A stretch of DNA of 64,000 bases from an uncultured Rivularia sp. (GCA_963665115.1 OY762007.1:8629926-8693925), one strand, 5' to 3'. Counted from the stretch's first letter, positions 41,098 to 51,822 are shown. Numbers and translations: made by a program. Notes: a model not told the origin generated them from the sequence alone.

Positions 41098-42461
41098 ATA
41101 AAAGCGATCGCCTTTTCCTTATTGAAGCTGCATTCACCAAAATATTCCCGGTATAACCCGCAGCTAACTGTGGCAAGATTTCCTACCAGATGCACCAATC
41201 CCAAACTTTTTAATTTAAATGCGACTTCTTGCTCTAAATAAGTTGGTGTAGTTTCTTTAATTACTTTTTGAAAACCCTTTAGTAAATTATGATTTTGCTC
41301 AAGATGCCACAATTGTTGGTGTAAATGTTGGTTAAAAATACTTGTATTTGTAGCTGCATTTTGCATTAAACTTTTTATAGATATTTGACTTCGGGCGCTG
41401 TGATAAAATGCCAGCCGCACTAAATAAGGAAATCCTCCGGTTATTTCCATTAATTGTTCTAATTCTGAAGTTAAAATTTCTATTCCATGACGTTGTGCTA
41501 AATCCTCTACCTGCAATATTGTAAAGGGAGATAATTCAATTGCTAATCCGATATTAAACGGCGATCTATTGATTGGCAAAGGAATATAAACATCGGTAGA
41601 GTTAATAATAACTAATCGCAACTTTTGCCAAAGATCAACATTTTTAGCTTCCTCGTGCCAGCTTCGTAATAATGCTAAAAAATCGCGGGCTATATTTGGA
41701 TATTCAAATAACTGATTGATTTCATCAAATGCTAATATTGCGGGATGGGAAATTTCTTTTAACAGGTAATCTCGGAAATAAATAGTACAGTTTACCAAGG
41801 CTCCCATATCCTCATCCCAATATTCTTCTAACTTAGATTTTATTCCTAATTGATAAGTGACGTTAGCACACAGCCATCGCAACAATTTTTCCGTTGAAGT
41901 GAAAATTCTTGTTTCGGCATTATCTAAACTTAAGCTTACGGTTTGATAATTATGAAAACTGCCATAAGCAAGAATTCTTGACATTAATGAACTTTTTCCC
42001 ATTTGTCGCGGTGCTTTGATGCGGATAAATGCACCCGGTTGAAGAATTTCCTGATAACAAGTTTTATCTATATCTCGTTGAATATAAAAAGGAGAAGATA
42101 AAGGTACTTGTCCTTCTGGGTATTTTAAAGCTATTTTTGATAATGTTTCAATTAAATTTGATTTTTCGATACAATTAGGATTAGATGAATTTTCCAATTG
42201 TTGTTTTAGTACGACACAACAATTAGTTTTATTAACTTTTTCATCAACGGTAGCCGAAACCATTTTCCATAACTTGGGTGCTACGAATTGCTTAACATAA
42301 CTTTCAGAATAATTATTCTCCTGAGCAATTTGAGCGTAAGTTTTTTGAGTTTGATTGAGAGATTCTTTTAGGATAACTTTTTGGATAAAACTGAGGGATT
42401 TTCCTGTTTTATTGCAAATTAGTTCTTCAGCTACTTTGATGATTTCTTCAATACTACTCAT
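41094..42461 (-). CDS. Second HTH-like + AAA_35 protein (paralog of 31622)
   Basis: LSFIQKVIL..TYAQIAQENNYSESYVKQFVAPKLWK..KVNKTN; IKAPRQMGKSSL; YWDEDMG; FDEIN; SPFNIG; GGFPYL. Confidence 0.87.
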   Translation of the reverse strand: MSSIEEIIKVAEELICNKTGKSLSFIQKVILKESLNQTQKTYAQIAQENNYSESYVKQFVAPKLWKMVSATVDEKVNKTNCCVVLKQQLENSSNPNCIEKSNLIETLSKIALKYPEGQVPLSSPFYIQRDIDKTCYQEILQPGAFIRIKAPRQMGKSSLMSRILAYGSFHNYQTVSLSLDNAETRIFTSTEKLLRWLCANVTYQLGIKSKLEEYWDEDMGALVNCTIYFRDYLLKEISHPAILAFDEINQLFEYPNIARDFLALLRSWHEEAKNVDLWQKLRLVIINSTDVYIPLPINRSPFNIGLAIELSPFTILQVEDLAQRHGIEILTSELEQLMEITGGFPYLVRLAFYHSARSQISIKSLMQNAATNTSIFNQHLHQQLWHLEQNHNLLKGFQKVIKETTPTYLEQEVAFKLKSLGLVHLVGNLATVSCGLYREYFGECSFNKEKAIAFI

Positions 42462-42579
42462 TTATAGAAATCCTAATTTAGAAATTTGAAGAGAATTTCA
42501 ATAGTTTTTCTCTAATTAGGAAGTATACAATTTTGAAAATAGTATAGCAATATACTAAAAGTTAGATATATTTCACATC

Positions 42580-42745
42580 TAGTACCATTCTCAACAAGCC
42601 TAGATTCCCGCCTTGTAATCAATTTCAAGGCTCATATACAAAGTACGTTAAAACGCACTAAAAACCATTCCTAGTCTGATTTATCAGACTTTGCGTTTGA
42701 GCCTGGGAATTTATTCCAAGGCGGTTGTTGAGAATCATGCAAGAT
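42580..42745. repeat. Degenerate copy of the ATCTTGCACCA / REP-like element
   Basis: Similar layout to 40919-41097 (accattctcaac...agtctgatttatcagact...gttgagaatcatgcaagat). Confidence 0.6.
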
Positions 42746-43609
42746 TTAAGATATATTTAAAGCTCCATTTGCTCTTAGCCATTGCTTTTGCACTAAGTTT
42801 AATCCTTCAACATCGGTAAACAGCGCCCCTTTAACGCGACAATGGGAAAAATCAACTCCCTGCAACTGGGCATTTTTGAGATTAGCGTGTCTTAAATCGG
42901 TATTCCTTAAATTAGCGCCTTGTAAATTGGCAGCTTTTAAATTCGCTTTAAATAAAGAAGCACCATTGAGATGGGCACCACTCAAGTCAGCATTTTGTAA
43001 ACAGGATAATTCCAAAGCTGCTTTTACTAAAATCGCATCAGTCAAATCGGCATTACTCAAATCAGCATCAATTAAATCCGCTTCTGTTAAATCGGCTGCT
43101 TGAAGAATTGTTTCATTTAATTGCGCTTTTTCCAAATCTACCCTTCGCAATAAAGCATTTGTTAAAATAGCGCCTTCCCAGTTAGTTTCGCTGAGATTTG
43201 CATCATCAAAATTAGCTTTAGTACAATCACTCGCTTTGAGAGTCGCTTGGAAAAGATTTGCTTGAGTTAAATCGGCTTCTGTTAAATTAACTCTTTCTAA
43301 ACAAGCTTCACTCAGATTTGCTTGGCTTAAACAAACAGAATTCATCTGAGCATGATTTAATTTAGCACTTCCCAGATTAGCCGTAGTTAAATTAGCACTA
43401 TTTAAATTAGCCCAAAATAGACAGCTATGAAGTAGGATTACGCCATTCAAATCAGCTTGATGTAAATTAGCTCGATTAAAATCTGTTCCAATTAACTTAG
43501 AGTTACTTAAATTAGCCTTACTTAATTGTGCATTATTGAAATTCGCATAGCTAAAATCAGCATCGCTTAAGTTAACACCCTTTAAAGAAGCTTGACTTAA
43601 GCAAATATG
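42746..43609 (-). pseudogene. Pentapeptide-repeat protein, 5'-truncated
   Basis: A(N/D)Lxx repeats continue in frame upstream of the called TTG start (HICLSQASLKGVNLSDADFSYANF) up to a TAG at ~43611, next to a repeat-like end (tataggaatccggtttgatttttgaa). Confidence 0.75.
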
Positions 43610-43919
43610 CTACTTAATTTGATTCAAAAATCAAACCGGATTCCTATATTAATAACTAGCTTTTAATAATCAATTTAATAAGAATAAATTGCTCTATATT
43701 GGTAAAATTTATGAATTATATATATTGACAAAATAAACAATTAATGTATTCGGTTAATATTCTCTGTATTTATTACTGTGTGAAGATATGAACTTTATGT
43801 ATTTTCATACTGTTTAAAAGTTGAAATAATCTTTTATATAAACAGAAATGGCAGCAATATCAAGATTGTTTATATCACTGTTGTCTAGATTTCAAAACTC
43901 AAATTAGGAGATTTTAGTT

Positions 43920-44342
43920 ATGTCATCTCTTTTCTTAGTTAGTTATAAAGTTACAACTCCTGGAGTTGGTGGACCTTTATTAACTTTACATCTGACCGTG
44001 GATAGCGAACATGAAACTATTCATGGTTTAGCGGAAATCACTCAAGCCACAAACCCCCCTCTTGAGATTAAAAGTAAGCTGGATGGTAACTTTACCTATA
44101 TGACTGTTATGTCCAATAAGACAAACATTCTTGTCATTTGTGAGGGTTGGCCAATAATCAATTTGCCAAAAGATCATGGCATGATTCCACTCGTATCGGC
44201 GAATTTTGAATTACGTATGATACTTGAAGAAAATTGGAAAGAGGGGGGCATTGCTAACTACAAATATAGGGATGATGATGGCAATTGGCAAGTCGTTAAG
44301 AACGCGAAGGTGGAATTAGAAGATTCTCCTGTACTCAAATAA
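43920..44342 (+). CDS. DUF1842-like protein
   Basis: LFLVSY..PGVGGPLLTLHLTV..GLAEITQATNPP..WKEG..YKY pattern; RBS aggag. Confidence 0.65.
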   Translation: MSSLFLVSYKVTTPGVGGPLLTLHLTVDSEHETIHGLAEITQATNPPLEIKSKLDGNFTYMTVMSNKTNILVICEGWPIINLPKDHGMIPLVSANFELRMILEENWKEGGIANYKYRDDDGNWQVVKNAKVELEDSPVLK

Positions 44343-44637
44343 ATTCGGTGCTTAGTTAATTTGGCAGGGAAATCGCCCTATTTTCAGCGATGGACAAAGT
44401 GGGAATTTTCCTACTTTATTTATCCGGTAGCATCTGAATTATAAAAAACCCTTCCAAGCTGCACAAAACAAGATATGGAACGGAAGTAAACCAATTAGGC
44501 ATAAATGGAATACCTTGGTTTGTAATCAAATATAAAGTATTTTCCCAAGCAGTTGAGCTATGGGAATTTGAAAATTTGTTGGCTGAAGTTAGTCAACCAT
44601 GACTAAGTTAATCAAAAATTAAAAGAGGAAAAAACGA

Positions 44638-45978
44638 ATGGCTACCTATCTCTCATATATTGAAAACAGAAGAGATTTCCCTTTGTACTTCAGAAATTTC
44701 GCAATCGATCATCCCAATCGGGGAGAATGGCTTCAGGTAAAACCACGTGATGTATTGAAGTATTCTGACTTGACAAAAGCAGACCGACAAAAACATATAA
44801 TTTCACCTGACAAAGATAAACCAATTGTCATACATTTCAATCAAAATTACACATTCGCTGTTTGGCACCAGGATAAGGGAATTTATGGTAAAGGTTGGGG
44901 TGGACCTACATCAGATCGAGCTATAACTGATTTTTCTAGCTACCAAAATTTGTTTACCCCTTACGTCAAAATCGATGATAAAGAGGCTCATTTATGTTTG
45001 TGTTCCGACGGGGAAGACTTCGCCTTAATCATTGATCGACCTATGGGAAGTGTAGATGGGATCGGATTTCTACGTTTGCATAGTTTGCATCTTGATGGTG
45101 GAATCTCTAATTATGCGGCGATGTCTTTGTTTAGTATCGGTGGTTGGGATGTTTCGGGCACTATTGATGATGTCACAGGAACGGTTGAAAAGAAAGCTAA
45201 AGAATTTGAAGACACTGTTAAGCGTACCGCACAAGATCTGGTTTGGGATCATTTGGATGAATTAGACCACACTATTAGTCGCGAGCTGGACAATTTAGAA
45301 CACACGATTGAAAGAGGTTGGGATACTGCGGTTAAAAAAGCCGAAGATTTGAAAAACGAGGCGAAAAAAGAGTTAAAGCATTTAGAACATAGCTTAGAGG
45401 ATTTAGAACATAGCTTATTAGCCGTCTTGGCTAATAAAGAATTCCAAGAAGTCAAGACAACCCTCATCGACATTAAGAATAGCTGGAATCAATTTATAAG
45501 CGAGGAAATCAAAGAATTCGGGATCATCAAGGATTCCTTGAAAAATGGAAAAGTCGACGCTACCACAGTCATCGCCGTGAAGAAGATGATGTGTGCCCTC
45601 CTCGACAGCCCTATAGGCAACAAAATAAAAGACAAGTTTAGTGGAATTGGTTTCGCTTGGAATGCAAAAGGGGGCGTTCTGGGTGGAATTGTAGGTGAAT
45701 ACGGTATTGGGTTTAATATTTGGAGTTTGGTCCAAAAAGATGCACTTGAAGGGGAAGTCTATATCACTGCTGAAGGAACTTTCGGGGCTGAGGAAGCAAT
45801 TGAGACTGGTTTTCAACTCGATTTAAAAAATAAGAAGTATCCTAATGGTGGGGTAACCACTGGAGCAAAAGCTAAAGTAACTTGTGGCTTAAATATCGGA
45901 GAAGGTTGTGAGGTGTCTGTCGAATTTCAAGTATCAGCAGGGGTCTCCTGCAGTCACTGGTTTTTCGGTCAACTTTGA
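44638..45978 (+). CDS. Hypothetical protein with a central coiled coil and Gly-rich C-terminus
   Basis: 446-aa ORF with RBS gagg; LEHSLEDLEHSL heptads; GGVLGGIVGEYGIG. Confidence 0.75.
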   Translation: MATYLSYIENRRDFPLYFRNFAIDHPNRGEWLQVKPRDVLKYSDLTKADRQKHIISPDKDKPIVIHFNQNYTFAVWHQDKGIYGKGWGGPTSDRAITDFSSYQNLFTPYVKIDDKEAHLCLCSDGEDFALIIDRPMGSVDGIGFLRLHSLHLDGGISNYAAMSLFSIGGWDVSGTIDDVTGTVEKKAKEFEDTVKRTAQDLVWDHLDELDHTISRELDNLEHTIERGWDTAVKKAEDLKNEAKKELKHLEHSLEDLEHSLLAVLANKEFQEVKTTLIDIKNSWNQFISEEIKEFGIIKDSLKNGKVDATTVIAVKKMMCALLDSPIGNKIKDKFSGIGFAWNAKGGVLGGIVGEYGIGFNIWSLVQKDALEGEVYITAEGTFGAEEAIETGFQLDLKNKKYPNGGVTTGAKAKVTCGLNIGEGCEVSVEFQVSAGVSCSHWFFGQL

Positions 45979-46193
45979 TGTTGGCGAGGAACTTGACGCT
46001 GGATCTATTGAACTTGGCGGTACGGCCGTTGTTCACCATATTCATATCGGGTAACCTCGCAGATGTTCCATTCATCGCGATCGCATAGAAGCCAAAAAAG
46101 TTTGCTCCTATAACGATTGCTTCAGGCAGAACAATACCATAATCCGCTATTAGGGTGCGTTACACTTCGTTAACGCACCATTTTTATACAGTA

Positions 46194-46379
46194 TCGATTT
46201 AACTTTCATTAAAATCTCAACTATCCACAAATACCCCGACAAACTCAACTTAAACCCCAGCATCCACATATCCGAGCATTTTCTCCCGCAACATTTCCAA
46301 ATTCATCCGTTGCCAATCTCTACTCAATCACCTTCATCCGCTGCAATGGATGAAAATTTACATCTTTGTTCGGATGAAA
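46194..46379 (-). pseudogene. Uma2/DUF820 endonuclease C-terminal remnant, copy 1
   Basis: Diverged direct-repeat counterpart of 46949-47193; LREKCSDMWMLG / LREKM..AG-like relic. Confidence 0.55.
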
Positions 46380-46402
46380 GCGATCGCCAACATTCTTTAT
46401 AA

Positions 46403-46786
46403 TTACAAAACTTGCCGTACTTCCTCAAAATTATTCGCCAAAGTTATACTCCGCAAAATTGATTGCAATTGCTCTACATCGCTAATTCGAGAAATTTGAG
46501 GCATTAATTCCAACCCCTGCTGACCAAATTTTGCTTGTAAAATAGTTCCTATACTCGATACTATTCCTCTTGCTTCACCACGTGCTTCACCTCTTGCTTC
46601 ACCACGTGCTTCACCTTCTTGTAATATTTCTAGATACCAAGGCGACTCTCGTAAAACAGCCATATCCCACCTCATAATGTCTCTAACAACTGCACTTTCT
46701 AACACAGAGGTAGCAAAAAATGCTAAAACGGTTTCCAATTGGTTTAAATTTTCATCTGCACGCAAAAGTTGACAAATCCGCAGCAT
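46403..46786 (-). pseudogene. C-terminal part of an Rpn/DUF4351-like PD-(D/E)XK putative transposase
   Basis: IMRWDMAVLRESPWYLEILQEG(EARG)x3..LQAKFG; the N-terminus is cut off at the repeat starting at 46787. Confidence 0.75.
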
Positions 46787-46932
46787 CTAGAAAACCTCTC
46801 TCCAAACCTCTCTCTCCGAATTCGCTACAACGGGGGGAACCCCCGTGCACGCCGCGATTCTCTCTGCAAGGAGAGAGGCTTTGATTTCTCCCCCTTCCCT
46901 CGCAGGGAAGGGGGCTGGGGGGTTAGGTTTTA
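46787..46932. repeat. GC-rich dispersed repeat with nested small element
   Basis: Inverted relative of 21317-21435 (ccccttccctcgcagggaagggg hairpin; cgctacaacggggggaacccc). Confidence 0.7.
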
Positions 46933-46948
46933 CCTTGAAGTTAGCGTC

Positions 46949-47193
46949 TCGATTTAACTTTGATAAAAATCCCAACTACCCACAAATACCGCGATAAACT
47001 CAACTTAAACTCCCGGCAACAAATTCTCACCAGACAACTCCGTCGAAAGACTTATCACTTCCACATCAACCCCAGCATCCATATATTCGAGCATCTTCTC
47101 CCGCAACACCTGCTTGTCATCCGTTGCCAATCTCAACTCAATCACCTTCATCCAGTGCAATGAGGGGAAATTTACGTCTTTATTCCGATGAAA
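46949..47193 (-). pseudogene. Uma2/DUF820 endonuclease C-terminal remnant, copy 2
   Basis: Minus strand RKFPLIALD / VIELRLATDDKQVLREKMLEYMDAGV..ELSGENLLPG. Confidence 0.7.
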
Positions 47194-47248
47194 AAATCTA
47201 CTTGGCAGATATTAATATATAAATAGAAATCTAAAATCTACAATCTAA

Positions 47249-48271
47249 ATGACATCCAGATCGATAGAAACTATACGCGAAGTAGCAAACAGATCGTTAA
47301 ATGAAGGCGATTATGAAACGGCATACGATAGCTTTGAGGAATTATTAGAATTAGAACCCGAATCGATAGAAGCAACCATTGGTGCTGCAACTGCTCTCAA
47401 TGGTTTAGAAGAATATTCCGATTCCCTTGAGATGATTGAAGAAGCAATTGAAATTGAGCCAGAAAATTATCAACTTTGGGTAATCAAAGCACAAGCTAAA
47501 GATGGATTGAAGCAGCATCAGGAAGCTATTTCTTGTTATCAAAGAGCATTTGAGTTAAATCCACCACAAGATGCCCTATCTGTAATTTGGAATTATAAAT
47601 CGATTTCGCTTCATCAATTAAGTCGATATCAAGAATCTATTCAAGCTGTTAATAAAGCATTAGAATTAAATTTACAATCATCAAAAGTTGGCGATGCTAT
47701 TTATTTACAAGCTCGTTGTCATGCTTCCCTGCAACAAGATGATTTAGCATTAACATCTTTCAAAATAGCTTTAGAATTAAAACCAAGTTTGAAAGTTTGG
47801 ATAAGGAAAGCTCCCGATTGGAATCGTTTTGATTCAGATACCAGATTTCAAGCTATCGTCGGAACACAAGTTACTAAAGAATCCGTCGAACAATTTTTTA
47901 ATCATCTTCAGAAACATATATACGAAGATCCGTTTATTCATTCATTCCCAGAAAAGCATGAAGATGTAATTGAGTCTTTCTGGATCAATGATTTAGCTCA
48001 ACTTCCCAACAACGTGCAAGAAGCTTTTCGTTTCTACAAAGAAAACGTCGAAGATGGAGACTTTGGTTCCGTTCGTATTTACAAATATTCATCAGCGATT
48101 GTGCCAATATATGTAGTTGCTACTTCCACAGATGGCGACGTTGGCTATATAGAAATATACAATCAAACAGGTGAGCCGATAACTTACGGTGGATATGATG
48201 CCGATGTAATTAATTGGAGTAATCAAGAAACTACTCGCGAACCTTTATATGAGATGATACAAAATTCCTAA
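47249..48271 (+). CDS. Tetratricopeptide-repeat protein with an acidic C-terminal domain
   Basis: Repeated A...Y..ALELxP helices over the first ~200 aa. Confidence 0.88.
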   Translation: MTSRSIETIREVANRSLNEGDYETAYDSFEELLELEPESIEATIGAATALNGLEEYSDSLEMIEEAIEIEPENYQLWVIKAQAKDGLKQHQEAISCYQRAFELNPPQDALSVIWNYKSISLHQLSRYQESIQAVNKALELNLQSSKVGDAIYLQARCHASLQQDDLALTSFKIALELKPSLKVWIRKAPDWNRFDSDTRFQAIVGTQVTKESVEQFFNHLQKHIYEDPFIHSFPEKHEDVIESFWINDLAQLPNNVQEAFRFYKENVEDGDFGSVRIYKYSSAIVPIYVVATSTDGDVGYIEIYNQTGEPITYGGYDADVINWSNQETTREPLYEMIQNS

Positions 48272-48310
48272 CACCTAACTCCTAACACCTAATTCCTAAC
48301 TCTTAACTCC

Positions 48311-49021
48311 CTACTTCCCATTCACCAATTTTTGTAAAGTACGGCTTAACTCCACGTTATTTGGTTGATTTTTGTTAGCTCGCTGAATTTCTGCAACCAT
48401 TTCATACCAATAACCCCGACTTGCGTACCACTGTGCTTTTTCAATAGCACTTTTATTAGTCAACTCCCTCTCTATTTGAGCAGTTTTTTCAACTCGCTGC
48501 ACCCAACCCATGAAAGTAGGGTCATCTGGCTGTACGGTATTTCCACAGACAACTACTAAAGACCATTGATAATTTTTACCTACTTTTAAAGCTGGTTTAT
48601 CTTCTGGTAAACTAAAGCTAACAATGCCGTTAGAAGTAATTGGTAAAAAAGCTCTTTGATAATATTTTCCAGCTTCGTCTCGAAAACTGAGCATTACTTT
48701 TTTAGCTTTCGTCTTCGGTAAACGCACGGATACCGGGGGAAGCTTTTTTAAAGTTAATCCATAATTTCCCTTTGGCATCAAAGGTTTAATATGTTGATCG
48801 TCGTTAGAACATTTACCATCGTCACGGGAACCAGAACCTTTTGTATCTTTCGGTTCCGGCTCTCCAGGTGGTTCAAATGAATCAAAGAAAACTATTTCTT
48901 TTGACAAGGAATTACTATTGTTTCCTAATCTTGATTGAGCTTGAGTGGGTAAACTATAAATAGTAATTAGTATCAATAAGCTGAGGTTTAAGAATCTGAG
49001 AAAATAATAAGTCATATTCAA
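48311..49021 (-). CDS. DUF928-family exported protein
   Basis: Signal peptide, FEPP..GSGSR..C, LMP..GLT, LKVGKNYQWS..C, GWVQRV, YASRGYWYE. Confidence 0.85.
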   Translation of the reverse strand: MNMTYYFLRFLNLSLLILITIYSLPTQAQSRLGNNSNSLSKEIVFFDSFEPPGEPEPKDTKGSGSRDDGKCSNDDQHIKPLMPKGNYGLTLKKLPPVSVRLPKTKAKKVMLSFRDEAGKYYQRAFLPITSNGIVSFSLPEDKPALKVGKNYQWSLVVVCGNTVQPDDPTFMGWVQRVEKTAQIERELTNKSAIEKAQWYASRGYWYEMVAEIQRANKNQPNNVELSRTLQKLVNGK

Positions 49022-49216
49022 TAAAGTTTCTACTGTGTATGTAAAATTACAATAAGAGGATTAGCATTATTGTAATTTACATATTTGTAAACTCAAATAT
49101 TAATTTTTTATTAGTAAGATTATATATAACAAAAACTGTTTTTCGATATCTATCAATAGTGGTATTTATATAAATAGTTTAATATAGATTTAACGTATCC
49201 GCTCAAAATTTCGGGG

Positions 49217-49346
49217 TAAGTACTCGTGCAAAATTAATTTAACATTCTGAAAACTTCAAGTCCCTGCGTTAGCGGAGCGTGTCCGATAGGACATATGCTT
49301 CGTTCCTCGCAATGACAATACACAATTAATTTTGCGTAGGTACTTA
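49217..49346. mobile_element. MITE-like repeat, same family as 38085-38259
   Basis: taagtactcgtgcaaaattaatt ... aattaattttgcgtaggtactta. Confidence 0.65.
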
Positions 49347-49514
49347 TCGACTGTCTTGAATGTCAACTGCGATCAGAAAAAAAGCAGCGGCGCAACTGGG
49401 AAACCGCTACGCTGATTTGACGGTACCAGGTAGGGGTAGATAGATTTGACATTGGCACAGAAAATTATCGTGCCCCACCTGGCTTCCAGTGCCGCCAAAT
49501 CTTCCCCAGTTGCT

Positions 49515-49790
49515 GAATCTCTCGTGTGTCAACAAGGGACATAAAAATATCCCATACCTTTGTGCCTTGTTGTGTCTGGGCTGCATAGCTGATATTACGT
49601 CGTTGCACCATAGTCCCCCCCTAGCAGCCAGTTCAGCAGGATTGTTATGCAACGGTAACTCTGGATGCTCCAAAACCAGAAGCAGCTCATCAACTTTTAA
49701 AACAGTTAATCTTTTCCGCTCATCTAACTGCTCGTAACCAGTTTTTTCTGTAAAAAGTGTCCAAAATTCTAGTTTTAGTTGATGAGCTTA
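49515..49790 (-). mobile_element. IS66-like transposase remnant
   Basis: GYEQLDERKRLT..ELLLVLEHPELPLHNNPAELAAR / MVQRRNISY..GTKVWDIFMSLVDT, frameshifted. Confidence 0.7.
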
Positions 49791-50100
49791 CCTTGATATT
49801 TCTACTAAAATACGATAAATCAAAAGGGTATTCTATAATATCGCATTATAGATCAATTTGATGCAAAACTAATTTAATATTACTATAATTATGGATATTT
49901 TACTGTCAGATCCCCGTACTTTAATCGTAATATTTCCTATCGTTTTAGGATGGGTTTTGGTATATATATTGCTTCAAGAAATGGATAAAGATGTTTATTG
50001 ATATACTATTAACTTTCACTTTTAAAAACTAATAGTTGGTTTTTGGCTATTGGTTGCGAACAAACAGTTCGCAGGAATTAATTTACCTACAAGTTAATGT

Positions 50101-50130
50101 GTAGAGACGTAATATATTACGTCTCTCTAC
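50101..50130. terminator. Hairpin downstream of flavodoxin
   Basis: gtagagacgtaatatattacgtctct palindrome. Confidence 0.45.
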
Positions 50131-50165
50131 ATTTACGGAAATAACGCAAAATGAGCGTATAGTTT

Positions 50166-50705
50166 CTATGCAGTTTCCAATGATGGGCTAGGAAAATGCG
50201 GTTTTAATGCTTCAACCCAACGTGCAATACGCTCGTCAGTTTTCTCACTTTCATTAACTTCATCAATAGGTAGTCCAATAAATTTACCATCGCGCACGGC
50301 GAAGGAATATTCATAGGTATAACCGTCGGTAGGAATTTCACCAACAAGGGTGGCACCCAATTTTTTAAAGTGATCGTATAAGGTTCCTAATGCACTGACA
50401 AACTGTTCGCCGTGGCTTTTATAATCTCCCGCACCGAATAGCCCTATGGTTTTACCTGTAAAATCAGGTTTATCCATTTCCATTTCAAATAATGGATCTC
50501 GCCAGTCGTTTTGAACTTCCCCACTTCCCCACGTAGAACAACCAAAGAGCAAACGATCGTACTCAAGCATTTCATCAACGCTAGTGAAATCTTCTTCCAT
50601 ACTAAAAAGATCGCACAATTCTTTACCAAAATGCTCGTGTATCTTTGTGGCGATTTCTTCGGTTATACCGGAAGTACTGCCATAAAAAATAGCCATCTTT
50701 GCCAT
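50166..50705 (-). CDS. isiB: Long-chain flavodoxin
   Basis: IFYGSTSGITEEIA, GCSTWGSGEVQNDW, GLFGAGD, FIGLPIDEVN..RIARW. Confidence 0.9.
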   Translation of the reverse strand: MAKMAIFYGSTSGITEEIATKIHEHFGKELCDLFSMEEDFTSVDEMLEYDRLLFGCSTWGSGEVQNDWRDPLFEMEMDKPDFTGKTIGLFGAGDYKSHGEQFVSALGTLYDHFKKLGATLVGEIPTDGYTYEYSFAVRDGKFIGLPIDEVNESEKTDERIARWVEALKPHFPSPSLETA

Positions 50706-51045
50706 AATTAAAGCTCCTCTGGGTTAAGCAATAAACTTGTTAGCAAGGATTTTTACATTCAGAGATTCCCAGAGCTTTTTGAATTTTGGATTTTTACAAC
50801 GGATCAGTTTGTTTTTGATTTTAGATTACAGCAATAAACCCTAGAATTTGAATCTAAAATCTATCCAAAAGCTAAAATAGATTAGTCAAAACACTATTCC
50901 AAATTACATTTAGATTTGTTGCAATGTTGTAACAGATATGACGAAATCTGTTAAGAGCATTCTGATTTATCTAACGGTTTCAACCGCATCTACAAAAATA
51001 AAGTCCTAATTAATCCCCAATTACCAACCAATCCCCAATCCCCAA

Positions 51046-51822
51046 TTACCAATTACCAACTCCCATAACTTCTTTTTGTACAACTTCCAATTTGTGCGAT
51101 CGCCAGAAATGTAAAATCTGCTTTTTGACTATTTCGGGATAAAAGTAATGGAAAAAGTGACCTCCTTGGGGACATTTCCACAGAATATCTCCTGTCTGTA
51201 AGTATTTTTTCCACTCATGAAAATCGGGATAACCTAAAATCATGTCGATTTGTCCACCACAAACCATTAATGGCATCAAAACCCCTTTCGATGGCAAACT
51301 TTCGATTTTAAGTAATGAATGCATCAAGGGTAAATTGTCCAAATCTCGATAAAAATTATCGATTAAATTGTGCAAGCAACAGGGATATTTATTTCTAAAT
51401 ACGTTGTTAAGAGTATTGAATAAAGCTTCAGATTTACTGATAGTGTATATTTGTCGCTGTTGATAATAGTTTACGTGCCAAGTTTTTGCGGGTTGCGCTG
51501 CCACTGAAAGTAAAATTAAAGACTTAACAAAAGTAGGATATTTACGAGCCAACATTAATGTAATAGTTCCACCTATACCATGTCCAATTAAATGAACCGG
51601 AGCCTGTTTAGTTTTTAAATAACTATGTAATAATTCAACTGCTGTATCCATACAGGCTGCTTCATCAACAGTTTGAATATATTCCCATACTGAAATATTC
51701 GTATGTTTTGCTAATTTTTTTATTAAAGGTGTACTTAAGTTTATCAAAGAAGGGCTGCCGCTTACCCAAATAGCTTCACCGTATATAGACATACCAAGTT
51801 CCTCAAAGCAAGATTGCATCAA
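51046..51822 (-). CDS. Alpha/beta-hydrolase-fold protein, IsiC-like
   Basis: PVHLIGHGIGG, CPQGGHFFHYFYP; lies upstream of flavodoxin, as in cyanobacterial iron-stress loci. Confidence 0.7.
   Translation of the reverse strand: MMQSCFEELGMSIYGEAIWVSGSPSLINLSTPLIKKLAKHTNISVWEYIQTVDEAACMDTAVELLHSYLKTKQAPVHLIGHGIGGTITLMLARKYPTFVKSLILLSVAAQPAKTWHVNYYQQRQIYTISKSEALFNTLNNVFRNKYPCCLHNLIDNFYRDLDNLPLMHSLLKIESLPSKGVLMPLMVCGGQIDMILGYPDFHEWKKYLQTGDILWKCPQGGHFFHYFYPEIVKKQILHFWRSHKLEVVQKEVMGVGNW

Noticed and set aside
48268..51062. cctaac(a/t) and ccaat(c/t) 7-mer tracts as operators like the 9-bp motif
   Set aside because: They sit at gene 3' ends and match ordinary Nostocales STRR repeats.
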